The notes: a model not told the origin generated them from the letters alone. A stretch of 64,000 bases of DNA from Acidobacteriota bacterium (GCA_040755995.1 JBFMAF010000004.1:32001-96000); one strand, 5' to 3'. Counted from the stretch's first letter, positions 18,308-28,350 are shown. A program made the numbers and translations.

Positions 18308-20567
18308 GGTCCTGGTACGTGTCCGACACGGCGGTCGTGTAGGGGTCGACTCCGGTGTGGCCGGCGTAAAGGCGAGCGAAGAGCGAGCCCGCGGCGCTCG
18401 ACATCGTCACGCTGACGCGCGGCTGCAAGATCCCGTAGCCTTCGGTCACGCGGTCGCGGTGCGGGTCGAAGTGAGGGCGGTTCAACGGGTGGGCGATAAT
18501 CCCGATCAGCTTCTTCGCGGCGTCGCGCGGCAGGCGCGTGTCGGAGTCGAGGGTGATACAGTAGCGCACGCTGGGGAGGATCGCCGGATCGCCGACCTGT
18601 ATCTGGTAGCTCGTGTCCGCGGCCCCTCGCAACAGGCGATTGAACTCCTCGATCTTCCCGCGCTTGCGCTCCCAGCCCATCCACACGCTCTCCATTGCGT
18701 TCCACTGTCGCACGCGATGGAAGAGATAGAACCGGTCCGATCGCCCTTCGCCGAACCGGACATTCAGGGCATCAATGCCGGCCTTGGCAGCGGAAAGGAT
18801 CGCGTCGTCTTGCGGCATCTCGCGAGCGGGAGCGTCGGCGAAGTCGCCAAGGATCGCGAAGTGGATGCGCGAATCGAGGTTCCCGAGAGCCAGGACCTCG
18901 ACGTGCTCGATCAGCTTGTTCACTTCGGCAACACTCGTCAGCAGCGTGGGCACGACGACCATGGTCCGTGCGTTCTCGGGGATTCCCGCCCGGAGCTCGA
19001 TGCGCGGGAGGCGCCGCGGCGGTGCCAGACGAACGACCAGGCGCTGGACAAAGGCGATGGCCACCTCGCTCGATGGCAGCAGCAGGAGCAACGCCACACC
19101 TATCTGTGCCCAAACTGATCCGCCCTGGTAGCGGGCGTAGGCGAGCCCGAGGCCGAGCAGAAAGGCTGTCACGAATGAGATCGATCCAAGGTAGGCGCAA
19201 GTGGCATGCGCGAAGACGAAGCGGCGGGCCCGTTTGGCGAGGCGGGGACGATAGGCGAGGTCGGTCTCGAGGTCGCGACGGCCTTTGCCGATGAGATGCC
19301 AGCCGACGTGCGCGGCACGCTCGGCAGTCGAGCCGCTTTCTGCTGCAAGGCGTGCGCTCTCGACCGCCCGCAGGGCCACGCGCAATTGCGCCTCGCCGGT
19401 GGGCTCGGCGAGCTCCTCCACGGCTTGCCGGTAGCGGTCCCGGCTCAGAAAGTCCATGTTGCTGTACGCACCGGCCGGGTCGCGTTGGAGCACCCGCTCG
19501 ACCGGGCTCACGTCTTCGAAGTACTGGCTCCAGTCGAGAGTGGAGCATAGCCGGAGGCTGGTGATGACGTTGGCCACCGAGACCTGGGCTGCGGCCTGCC
19601 GCTGGTGCTCGCTCCGGATCGCGTCCTCCGAGGTCATGTTCTGGGCGGCCAGGTGCTCGTCGACGGCCAGGCGGACAGCCGAAAGGCGCGGGCCGTACTC
19701 GCGCATGAGTTGGAGGAGCTGCACGACGTAGGCCGTGTGGAGGACCGGCGGCAACGGCCGCGGCGCCTTGCGCGGGCCATTGTCGATCTGCGCGACATAG
19801 GCGTCGGCGGCCCGGCGAGCCTCGTGGGATTCGAGCATCTCCTCCGCCAGCCGCCGCAGATTCTCGATCAGCGCCAGCTTCAGCCCTGGCCGGCGATGAG
19901 GGCGCATCTGCTGCGTCGCCCGCGTCGCTGCGGTGCTCACGTACAAGGGCGTACGCTGCGCTCCTCGCTCCTTGGCTCCTTGCAACTGCACCCTTCTCGC
20001 CGGCCAGGGTGCGTTGTTGCGGGATTAAGGTTCAGGCATGCTCGGCCATGCCCACAGCTCGCCGATCGTCAGCGGGGCCACTGTCTGGTAGCTGTTCATG
20101 AAGCGCAGGAGCTGTTGCCGGTCCAGGCGGCTGTCGCTGTGGCGAATGAGCTCGACGGCCATGGCGTAGACACGGGCGTGGCCCGCCAGCTCGCGCAGGG
20201 CGAGCTTGGGCAGCTCACGGTAGTAGCCGCGCGGGAGATTGTGGCGGATATCCCGGATCTCCGAGGCCACGAGGTGGAAGTTGTCGAGGAGCCACTCGGC
20301 CGCCGGCGGAACGAACTCCCCCTTGTGCACATCGTCTGCCATGGTGCGGTAGGCTTCGCGCAGGAGGCGAGCGTTGTCGTCGAATCGCGGGAAGACATTC
20401 CGCGCCATGCGCCGCGGATTCGGGTGGACCGTGAATCGTGCCGCGAGGGCCTTGGCCCTCTCTTCCAGCCGCTCGATGCTCAGCAGCTCGTCGCGCAGGG
20501 GCTTCTCGGCCCTCGGCGGCTGACGGCCTCCGAGCAGACTGAATAGCGCCTTGAACGTCTCAACCAC
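18306..20567 (-). pseudogene. Second, 3'-truncated cgs copy interrupted by a 153-bp insertion
   Basis: 18306-19883 is colinear with 2653-4230 and 20037-20571 with 4231-4762 (one 3-bp indel). Differences are mostly synonymous; the insertion brings an in-frame TAA. Confidence 0.95.
19884..20036. mobile_element. MITE/REPIN-like palindromic insertion (153 bp)
   Basis: Absent from the intact cgs at 4230/4231. About 28-bp imperfect inverted repeats CCCTGGCCGGCGA...TCGCCGGCCAGGG (19884-20009) with a nested palindrome around GTAC..GTAC, plus a 27-bp tail. Confidence 0.8.
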
Positions 20568-20918
20568 GGCTACGCCTGCTCACCGGCCGTACACGTTGAG
20601 CGGCTATTCTTGGGTCCCGGGTCTGGCACTAGGCACATCCTACTCTTGGCGCTGCCTGCGGGCTCATGTCGTAGAGTAAGGGATACCTGCACAGAGCAGC
20701 TGGCCTATTCCTAATCCTATACTACTTTGGCTGACTCTGTGAACGATGTCGCATCGCGTGGGACCCGGAGCCTCCTGGATGTCCAGCTGCTTCATTACAC
20801 TTTCTGAATCGGGGGGGCCGGGGCGTGAGAAGCCGGCGGGCACTTCTTGCGGAAAGAAACGCTGCGTGTCTTGTTGGTGTGGATGGGCTGAGTCGATATG
20901 GCCTCCTTGCCTGGCAGG

Positions 20919-21170
20919 TTGATTTTCCTCAAGGATGCGGTACATCGTGCGGATCGAGCAGAAGTAGCTACCCTCATCGAGCGGCCTGGCGTAGGCCTCG
21001 GCCGGAGCCTTGTGCACGAAGCGCTCCGAATGCAGGGCATCGAGGACCTGGTGTCTCTCAGCAGGAGTGAGCGCGCGCTCCGGGATCGGGCGTGGTGTTG
21101 GTACAGGCTGGGTCCGACGGCGACGGTAAGCCGTGGCTCGCGCCACGCTCAGGCCGGCGCCGATGCAATG
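20919..21170 (-). mobile_element. IS3-family transposase remnant
   Basis: RALTPAERHQVLDALHSERFVHKAPAEAYA..LDEGSYFCSIRTMYRIL matches the OrfB N-terminus of an IS3-family group. No DDE core or ends found. Confidence 0.75.
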
Positions 21171-21643
21171 GCGGGAGGTTCGCTCACTCGGCGATACGCC
21201 ATGGTGACGGCCGAGGGACTTCGCGCCAATCGCCGTCCGATCTCGACACAGGATTGAGCTGCAGGTCCCTCGTCCCAAGCGAATACCTTCCGAGCCATGA
21301 CAACTCGTGACGAGAAGAGAAGACAGGCTGAGCGGAATTCAACGACGCGAGAACGCTACCCCAGGAACCTGGATCTGCCGTATTGGGGGACGCATGTCGT
21401 AAGGGAAATCCTCTTGCGCCGGGATCCACGACGGGAGGGACGGAAGTAGGAATTGCTGGCCTACATCCTCAACCCGAACGGTCCCCCGCTGGACGTTTCC
21501 AATCCGGAACGACTGGCATTTCTCCTCTGATGTTCTCGCGAATTCGTAAGGAGACAGCCCGTGAACGTCCATCCACTCAGAGTTTCCAAGCGGCCCCATC
21601 TGCCTCATAGCGTGTCCCTTGCGGCTAAAACGTAGCACACCAC

Positions 21644-22771
21644 CTAGGCCTTCGCAACCAGGGGGAGTGGGGAGAGGGAGATCCTCCTCCACCGGGCTTC
21701 CTCGTCAGTCATGGATAATCTGATTTCGCCAGATGGCAGGCGAGCAGCAGATACCTTACCACTCGAACGAAATTCGGCGGCGACTCGTGGGCCCTCAATG
21801 ATGGCGTTCACGATGGAATAGGCAACCTCCACCCCGGAACACTGGGAGTTTTGGAGAGCTCGATTCACCGCAGCATTCCACACCTGCTCAGCCACCTGAG
21901 GCGGAGTGTTCGCAGGTAGCAAGAGGGGGGCTGAGGGCGTAAGGGAGGCGGCGGCTCTTGGGTCAGAGAGGAACAGCGCGAGAGGGTTGAACGGAATCCG
22001 CAACTCCATGTAGTCCTCGATCCCCAAGTACGCATCCCAGAGAAGCTTCTCAAGGACAGGGTCGGGCCCGGCTACCTGCAGATCAAGCTTGCGCGCACGC
22101 TTTCTCGTCACAGCGTCACCGTGGGCAAAGAAACTCTTGTTCAAGTTCAGAGCAATTTGTCTTGCCTTGCGATCATCGTCGAGATGCGTCGAGAGTAGGC
22201 GCTCCCCGACCTCTGCAGACAACTCGCTCGCCCGCTTGGCAGCACCAACGATCAGCGGATCCATAGCCGAAAAGAGCTTCTCCACCACCGTGGTCACGTG
22301 TTGCTGCTCAGTCAAACGAACATCGTGATGGAGGAAGCTGAGAAAAGCCCCCATGTCTTCGTAGGCGAATTGCCGGGCAGTGCCATCGGGGAGTCTGACC
22401 GCGATCTGGGGGTCGATAGGGCCGAGTGACGCGTATGGATGCATCACGATCTCGTCGGCTCCGAGCGAGAATACAGTGGCTGCACTGAAGGCCGCAAAAG
22501 GAACGAGAACCCCGATCTTGACAAACCGCTCGCGTAGGGTGGCCATGAGCTTCCAGGCGGTCAACGCGTCACCGCCCATGCTGTTGATAAGCACGTCAAT
22601 CGCATCGATTCCCAGAGGAATCGCCTCCACTTGATCAATGAATTCACGCACAGCATCGCCCGCCATTGCAGCCCGGACACCAGCGCGCGTCGAGGTGGCG
22701 TAAACGATCAACGGGCGCTTTCGGTAGTCCTCGATTGCTGTGTAACGCTGAATACGTTCCTCGATCTTCAA
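21644..22771 (-). CDS. SDH-family Clp-fold serine proteinase-like protein
   Basis: IDVLINSMGGD, VPFAAFSAAT, ADEIVM..YASLGPIDPQ, later FFAHGDAV. Confidence 0.85.
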   Translation of the reverse strand: MKIEERIQRYTAIEDYRKRPLIVYATSTRAGVRAAMAGDAVREFIDQVEAIPLGIDAIDVLINSMGGDALTAWKLMATLRERFVKIGVLVPFAAFSAATVFSLGADEIVMHPYASLGPIDPQIAVRLPDGTARQFAYEDMGAFLSFLHHDVRLTEQQHVTTVVEKLFSAMDPLIVGAAKRASELSAEVGERLLSTHLDDDRKARQIALNLNKSFFAHGDAVTRKRARKLDLQVAGPDPVLEKLLWDAYLGIEDYMELRIPFNPLALFLSDPRAAASLTPSAPLLLPANTPPQVAEQVWNAAVNRALQNSQCSGVEVAYSIVNAIIEGPRVAAEFRSSGKVSAARLPSGEIRLSMTDEEARWRRISLSPLPLVAKA

Positions 22772-23331
22772 CCCCGTGCCTTCCTCTCAAACTGCGTGAA
22801 TATGGTGGTCGACAACCAACAGCAACTACAGACTACTGAAATCGCGTCGGATTTGTCAATGACTACAAAGACTGCCGAGGGACGCCACCGTCGTAATGAC
22901 ATCCCCACGCGGACGGGGCGAGCGTCTCAGGCTCCGACCCAGGAACGGGTCTCCATCGAGCTTGAAAGGGCACGGCTGCGCACGCCCCCGCCCGATGGAA
23001 ACTCCGCCCAGGTGCCCGCTCCGGTTCTCTGGATCGCATCTGCACATTTCATGCTAGCCCGCCATCACGAGTCAATTCGGCCGAAACACGAATCAATCCG
23101 CTGGCTAGCAGGTTTCCGTCATACGAGAACCTTGGTCCATCACGCCAGTTCGTCTCCGCGTCCTGGTGGTGCAACCGTGCCCGGCCGCGCCAAGGCTCTC
23201 ATGTTCGCTCCGACCCTTTGCGTGGCGCCCACAGGGGCCTTGACGCGTCCCCTGGGCGAACAGATTTCAAGGCGCGGAGCAAAATCACGGCCGAGTGTTC
23301 GAATTCAAGGCGTCATCGATGATCATCAGCT

Positions 23332-23369
23332 GTAGAGCCCCTTGCCAGCGAAGATCCCCTCACCGAACA
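23332..23369 (-). pseudogene. 38-bp cgs fragment (FGEGIFAGKGLY)
   Basis: Matches 2617-2654 with two synonymous changes. It is exactly the sequence that should continue the truncated copy beyond 18306. Confidence 0.85.
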
Positions 23370-23531
23370 TGTGACGAGCGTGATCCCCAAGGGCCGCGAA
23401 GCGATCAGACTTGAGCTTCGCCACTTTCGTGGGCATCGGCAAGTAGCTGATGGCTCGATCGACGAGTCGCGTGTAGATCCGCCCTCCACCGTCAGCACGG
23501 TAGAGCTCGATCAACTCAGCCAGAGCCGCAG
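23369..23531 (-). repeat. Diverged direct copy of 4951-5113
   Basis: 163-bp ungapped alignment by eye. Confidence 0.93.
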
Positions 23532-23539
23532 CGAGCCCC

Positions 23540-23688
23540 TCCATCGCCGGGATGTGCACACACGCTGCAACCTCGGCGGACGTCATCGGTGGGCCATCGA
23601 ATCCGGGTTTCTCGTCGAGAGGCGTCATGGCTGTAACTACGAACACTGCTTCTCGTTCGACTGGAAAGCCATGAAGGGATATCACTAA
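23540..23688 (+). mobile_element. DDE transposase remnant (IS4-superfamily/ISNCY-like C-terminal region)
   Basis: RCNLGGRHRWAIESGFLVERRHGCNYEHCFSFDWKAMKGYH contains the R-W-x-I-E catalytic glutamate motif. Confidence 0.65.
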
Positions 23689-23908
23689 TGCCGCACGAGT
23701 GTTCCAGAGTGAGCGTGAGTCACATGAAGCCAATTACTACGCTATGTTGACTGCGGCCGACGAGGCCGGCGAAATGGCTCGCATTCCGCGAAAGGAACAT
23801 ACATTGCGAGACGCCGAGGAGCCCGAGGTAAGTGATGACGCCCCGGAGCGTTCGCTTGCCGAGCGCCGATTCGCTTGCCGTGGACGGTCCTCCTGATGGT
23901 GAGATTGG

Positions 23909-25546
23909 CTAGCCCGAGCGCTCGGCCTGGGCGAGCAAGTCAACGATCGCGGCATGGCCCAAAGTCTGAGCCCATTGACGTGCCGTCTCACCCTTTTCAT
24001 CACGTGCGTGCGGATCAGCGCCCGCATAAAGCAGCAGTCGTACCGCATCTTCTTTCCCGGAACGGGCCGCCTGCATCAGAGCCGTAGAGCCGTATTGAGA
24101 TTTCAGGCCCACGTTTGCCCGGGCATCGATAAGCACACGCGCGACTGCCGCACTTCCCTTGACCATCATCAGGGCCGTTTCACCGGAGTTGTTCACGGCA
24201 TCGACATCCGCTCCGCCGGTAACGAGCGCCTGCACAATGTCCGCTTTTCCGTCCAGTGCTGCAGACATCAAGGCGGTCGCCCCGACATTGTTGCGCGCGT
24301 TGGCATTTGCGCCATGGCTCAGCAGGAACTCTATATCCGTTGGCTTCCCTCTACTGGCGGCTGTCATTAGCGCGGTGAAACCGAGCGACTGCTTCGCGTT
24401 GACATCGGCGCCGTCCTTCACTGCAGCGATCGCAGCATCAACATCACCGTTGTCGACCGCTTCGAGCAATCTTCGTGTGGCTTCTTCAGTCATGCGCTGG
24501 CCGGGAGGCGCCGCAGGCTTTGCGGCACTTGCTGCGCGGTAGCGGATCCGCGCCGTCGCCGGCGTCACGAGATCCGCGAACTGCTTGACACGCCACATTA
24601 CCTGCACCTCCACGTAGTATGTTCTGGGCTTTCTGCCAATTCCGAGGAATCCGGAGGAGCCTTTCTGCACGCACTCGTACTTTCGGATCGAGATGTCCTC
24701 CCACGGCACGTCGTCGAACTGCGAGCGCACCTGTTCCCTAATGAGATTGCCGACCTGCGCTTCGTTGTTCGCACGGCTGAGGTCCAGGTTCATTTCCAGG
24801 GATCGAATAGTCCCTTGTCGAATTATCTCCCGATCCGTGACTATCTCACCCCGGGCAAAGCACTTCCTCGCCCGCTCCGTAGCTTCATCCGCCGTGCTCC
24901 CGCTGCCTGTGGCACAGACTCGCTTTGTATTGCCGGGCACCGCCTCTTCCGACTGAATCTCTGCACCGGCCGGCAGCAGTGCCCGTCCAGCCTGAAGAGC
25001 CTCTTCGGGCGACGCGCCCGATGCGACTTGCTCCTGGGGCACACGCGCCAGCACGGAGGCATTGAAGGCCTGATCGTGCCCTACAATGCTGTAAACGTGC
25101 TCGTCGAACAGTTTGCCATAGGAATCGAAGCTCTCGCCGCATGCCAGGCAGCGGTAACTCTGCGACTTCAGCCCCTCGCTCAAGAAGAATTCGACAACCA
25201 TTGCCGATCCGAGCAGGCGCTCAAATCCTGGGAAACGCTTTGACGGCCACTCTTTCCAATCGTCTTGCGGTGGCAACCCGACGGATCTGAAATAGTCATA
25301 CCATGACCAGGTATGGTCCAGCGGCTTCGGCAGCTCGGGGACGCGGAAGCCAGTGCCAATAAACATTAGAATGCTGTACCCACAGCCGTCGCGTATCAAA
25401 GCTACCGCTGACTTCAGTGGAATCGGGACTTCATTGTTCAGCATGGCCAAGTAGACATATCGTGCTGTTTCCTCATTGCGAAACTCGAATAGCTGGACAT
25501 AGTGAAGCTCGTCGCGATCTATCATCGACCTCAGAATCTCGCTCAT
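23909..25546 (-). CDS. Ankyrin-repeat protein with C2H2-like zinc finger and Jag_N-like middle region
   Basis: About five C-terminal GxTALMxAA repeats, CLAC-x12-H motif, KGSSGFLGIGRKP motif. RBS AGGAGGGG. Confidence 0.85.
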   Translation of the reverse strand: MSEILRSMIDRDELHYVQLFEFRNEETARYVYLAMLNNEVPIPLKSAVALIRDGCGYSILMFIGTGFRVPELPKPLDHTWSWYDYFRSVGLPPQDDWKEWPSKRFPGFERLLGSAMVVEFFLSEGLKSQSYRCLACGESFDSYGKLFDEHVYSIVGHDQAFNASVLARVPQEQVASGASPEEALQAGRALLPAGAEIQSEEAVPGNTKRVCATGSGSTADEATERARKCFARGEIVTDREIIRQGTIRSLEMNLDLSRANNEAQVGNLIREQVRSQFDDVPWEDISIRKYECVQKGSSGFLGIGRKPRTYYVEVQVMWRVKQFADLVTPATARIRYRAASAAKPAAPPGQRMTEEATRRLLEAVDNGDVDAAIAAVKDGADVNAKQSLGFTALMTAASRGKPTDIEFLLSHGANANARNNVGATALMSAALDGKADIVQALVTGGADVDAVNNSGETALMMVKGSAAVARVLIDARANVGLKSQYGSTALMQAARSGKEDAVRLLLYAGADPHARDEKGETARQWAQTLGHAAIVDLLAQAERSG

Positions 25547-26166
25547 TGCCCCTCCTATCTCACCGGCCTGGAAAGTCTGCTTGACATGCTTAAAATGTAG
25601 GACGAGACGATTGAAGCGTCAAGCTCATGTGGATTTTCGGATGAAGTTGAGAGAGCGCTCGCTGAAGACGTTGAAGGGCTATGCCCAAGCTCACATGTTG
25701 AGCAAACGCGTCGACAGCCCAAGCTTCGGGAGGCTGCAGCATCTCATAATGATGCGATCCGGGCTGCTCCAACGCATCAAAGAACTCGTCCAAGCCGACG
25801 TAGTCAAGTAGTGACTTCTTGCTCCATGCCCGTTGCGGATCGGGCACTGACTGGAATTTGGGGGCAATCATGGGTACATCTCCATGAATGACGACGTGTC
25901 GATGAAAGGAAAAAGGTCGACGGCAGTGGGGTCACTGGACTCCGATGAGCGCGGGCAACCCACAATCGCATGATACTCGGCAAGATACGCCACCATAATG
26001 CACTCCTGGTACTCGGCGGGAACGTTTGCGAACTGCGGCTCGATCGCGAGCGCGGCGAGCTTGAGTAGCAGGGACGCGAACAGCCCAACAGGAATCTTTC
26101 TACATCTTAACCAAATCAGGCGCATCCAGCCCCGTTCTGCCGACTACTCCAAACGCGAATGCCTAC

Positions 26167-26297
26167 GAGGTGTCAACTCCCCATTCGTGCGTCCCCATTC
26201 GGCACAGCCACCGATTCCGTCTACGACCCATGGGAACGGCCCCATGCCGGGTCATCACTGTGGCCGACGACCTCCAGGATATGACGAGGGGGATCCG
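26167..26297 (-). repeat. Diverged direct copy of 4839-4969
   Basis: 131-bp ungapped alignment by eye. Confidence 0.93.
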
Positions 26298-26356
26298 GCA
26301 GACCGCACCCTGAATGCGTCCCGGGGGGTGCGCCGGCAAAAGATCATTTTCGCCCC

Positions 26357-26399
26357 TTGACAGACGGAGCTTTTCCGCCTATATTTAACCGAGCGGTTA
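26357..26399 (+). promoter_or_regulatory. Sigma70 promoter with adjoining TetR-type operator
   Basis: TTGACA-N17-TATATT followed immediately by palindrome TAACCG-AG-CGGTTA. Confidence 0.8.
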
Positions 26400-26445
26400 G
26401 TTATATAACCGCGTCGGAACGAAGCCGGGATGCAAAGGAGTGGGC

Positions 26446-27093
26446 ATGCCAAGGACAGGCGGTGAGAAGACGCGCAGACGGATACTGGAGGTCGCGGAGA
26501 GGCTCTTTGCCGAAAAGGGCTTCAGTGCGACCAGCGTGAACCAGATCGCCCGCCATGCCCGCGTGAACAAGGCGCTGATCTATTACCACTTCAAGGACAA
26601 GAGGGATCTCATCCTCAAGCTCTTCACGAGCATCATGGACGAGCTCGGCCAGAAGCCCCATGCGCCCGCAGACACGAGTCCTGCCGGGGATTCGGGACCC
26701 GGTCTGAAGCAGGAGATGCGGAAGGAGCTCGAGTTCCTGGCGAGCCGGGGGAGGATCCTCTCCCTGATGCTCGCGGAGGCCCTGCGCACTGCGGATCGTG
26801 ACGATTACCTCTTCCGCTGTGCCGAGATGGTGGCGGAGCGCGAACATCCCGGAGCCGAGGAGACCGGCGGGAAAGGACGGCGGCGCCCGGGGCAGCGCGG
26901 CCTGACCCGGGAGCAGCAGCGGTACTGGGTCCATGAATTCTTCACGGGGTTCATTCCGGTGATCGCCTTCTCCGCGCTGCGCGAAAAATGGTGCCGGTAT
27001 TTTCAAGCCGATCCCGCGTCGGTGCAGGAGCACTTTCTCGATGCGTTCGAGAGCACTCACGTGGCGTCGCAGCTGAAACGCCCGCGGGCGTGA
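26446..27093 (+). CDS. TetR/AcrR family transcriptional regulator
   Basis: RILEVAERLFAEKGF...IARHARVNKALIYYHFKDK HTH. RBS AAGGAG. Confidence 0.95.
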   Translation: MPRTGGEKTRRRILEVAERLFAEKGFSATSVNQIARHARVNKALIYYHFKDKRDLILKLFTSIMDELGQKPHAPADTSPAGDSGPGLKQEMRKELEFLASRGRILSLMLAEALRTADRDDYLFRCAEMVAEREHPGAEETGGKGRRRPGQRGLTREQQRYWVHEFFTGFIPVIAFSALREKWCRYFQADPASVQEHFLDAFESTHVASQLKRPRA

Positions 27094-27129
27094 GGTGAGC
27101 AGAATGTGCCATCAGGCATTTTTGGAAAC

Positions 27130-27150
27130 TATAACTAACTGGCCGGATAG
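27130..27150. promoter_or_regulatory. Second putative TetR operator
   Basis: TATAACTAACTGGCCGGATA resembles the reverse complement of the first site (TATAACTAACCGCTCGGTTA). Confidence 0.6.
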
Positions 27151-27204
27151 TAAACAACAAGCCGGCGACCACGGCGTTCGCGCGGGGAGGAAAGGAGAAG
27201 AAGA

Positions 27205-28350
27205 ATGCAACCCGAAGTCATGATCGAGGAGTCAGAGGAGCGGACCGCGAAGAGGACCTCCCTGACGGTCGCCGCATTCTATGCGCTGATCGCATTCGAG
27301 TTCTTCTACATGGCGAGTCCATTCGCCGCTTACTTCTACGCCGGCTACCTGCCGGGACTCAAGATTCTCCAGCTGTCTTCCGTGACGGCCAGGCTCACCG
27401 GCTTCTTCCTCCCGCATCTCGTCACCGACACTTCCTCCTTTCTGGTCAATTCCGCGCCCTTCCTGGGAGCTTTCCTGACTGCCGTCGGCCTGGCGGGCTT
27501 TGCATTCGGCGCCGTGCAGATCTACTCCCGCAAGCTCCGCAAGATGGGAGCAGCCACCGGGGGAGTCTACAAGGTCCTGCGGCATCCGCAATATGCATCG
27601 CTGATCGTCGCGGGAGCCGGCCTCCTGCTGCTCTGGCCCCGCAATTTGATGGCCGTTCTTTTCGTGACAATGCTGTTCGTGTATACGATTCTGGCCAGGA
27701 TCGAAGAACAGGAATGCCTGCGTCTTTATGGCGATTCTTATCGTGATTACATGATGCGGGTTCCGGGGATCCTGCCGGTGAAAATACCTCTGATCGGGTG
27801 CATTCCGAAGCCGCGGACCGGAGTCGGGCGGGTCGCAGCCCTCCTGGTTCTCTATGTTGCTGCTCAGGCACTGACCCTCGCCACGGTCTTCGCCGTTCAG
27901 AACTACACGATTGCGCAGCTGCATGCCGTTGCCGGCAGGGATTCCGTCTATGTGGCGCTCGACCGGGTCGAAGCCTCACGAATTCGGGACCTGGCCGGAA
28001 TGGCCGAGACGGATCCCGGTGTTCGAAGCCGCTTGTCGGCATTGCGGCAAGACGGCGTCCGTTTCGTGAATTATGTCATGCCGCAGGAGTGGGCCGTCTC
28101 GGAGATCCAGATGAACGGGCCGAGGACTCATGAGACGCCTGCTGAATACAACAGGAGCAAGTTCAAGATTATCTACACTCGTGCTATTCTTCCGGCCCCG
28201 GGCGATGTCAGCGGGCAGGCCATCCTGAAACAGGCCTCGGGGACCAGAGCTCTGTTCGAAGCCTGGGTCGGTGAGGACGGACAGATCGAGAAGATTCTGG
28301 AACCGCCGGCGAAGGCCTTCTATGGAGATGTACCTGTTCCAGTCTATTAG
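27205..28350 (+). CDS. Isoprenylcysteine carboxyl methyltransferase/PEMT-family membrane protein with C-terminal extension
   Basis: Several TM helices, GVYKVLRHPQY and IEEQECL..YGDSY motifs. Confidence 0.82.
   Translation: MQPEVMIEESEERTAKRTSLTVAAFYALIAFEFFYMASPFAAYFYAGYLPGLKILQLSSVTARLTGFFLPHLVTDTSSFLVNSAPFLGAFLTAVGLAGFAFGAVQIYSRKLRKMGAATGGVYKVLRHPQYASLIVAGAGLLLLWPRNLMAVLFVTMLFVYTILARIEEQECLRLYGDSYRDYMMRVPGILPVKIPLIGCIPKPRTGVGRVAALLVLYVAAQALTLATVFAVQNYTIAQLHAVAGRDSVYVALDRVEASRIRDLAGMAETDPGVRSRLSALRQDGVRFVNYVMPQEWAVSEIQMNGPRTHETPAEYNRSKFKIIYTRAILPAPGDVSGQAILKQASGTRALFEAWVGEDGQIEKILEPPAKAFYGDVPVPVY

Noticed and set aside
18159..19991. 610-aa ORF as a functional gene
   Set aside because: Its start lies within the 153-bp insertion and its end in unrelated DNA; it is part of the cgs pseudogene.
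25581..26125. Several short overlapping ORFs
   Set aside because: No recognisable motifs or consistent frame; possibly a decayed gene but unsupported.
18306..26297. Integron or diversity-generating retroelement as the explanation of the repeats
   Set aside because: No integrase, attC sites or reverse transcriptase seen, and mismatches between copies are not adenine-specific.
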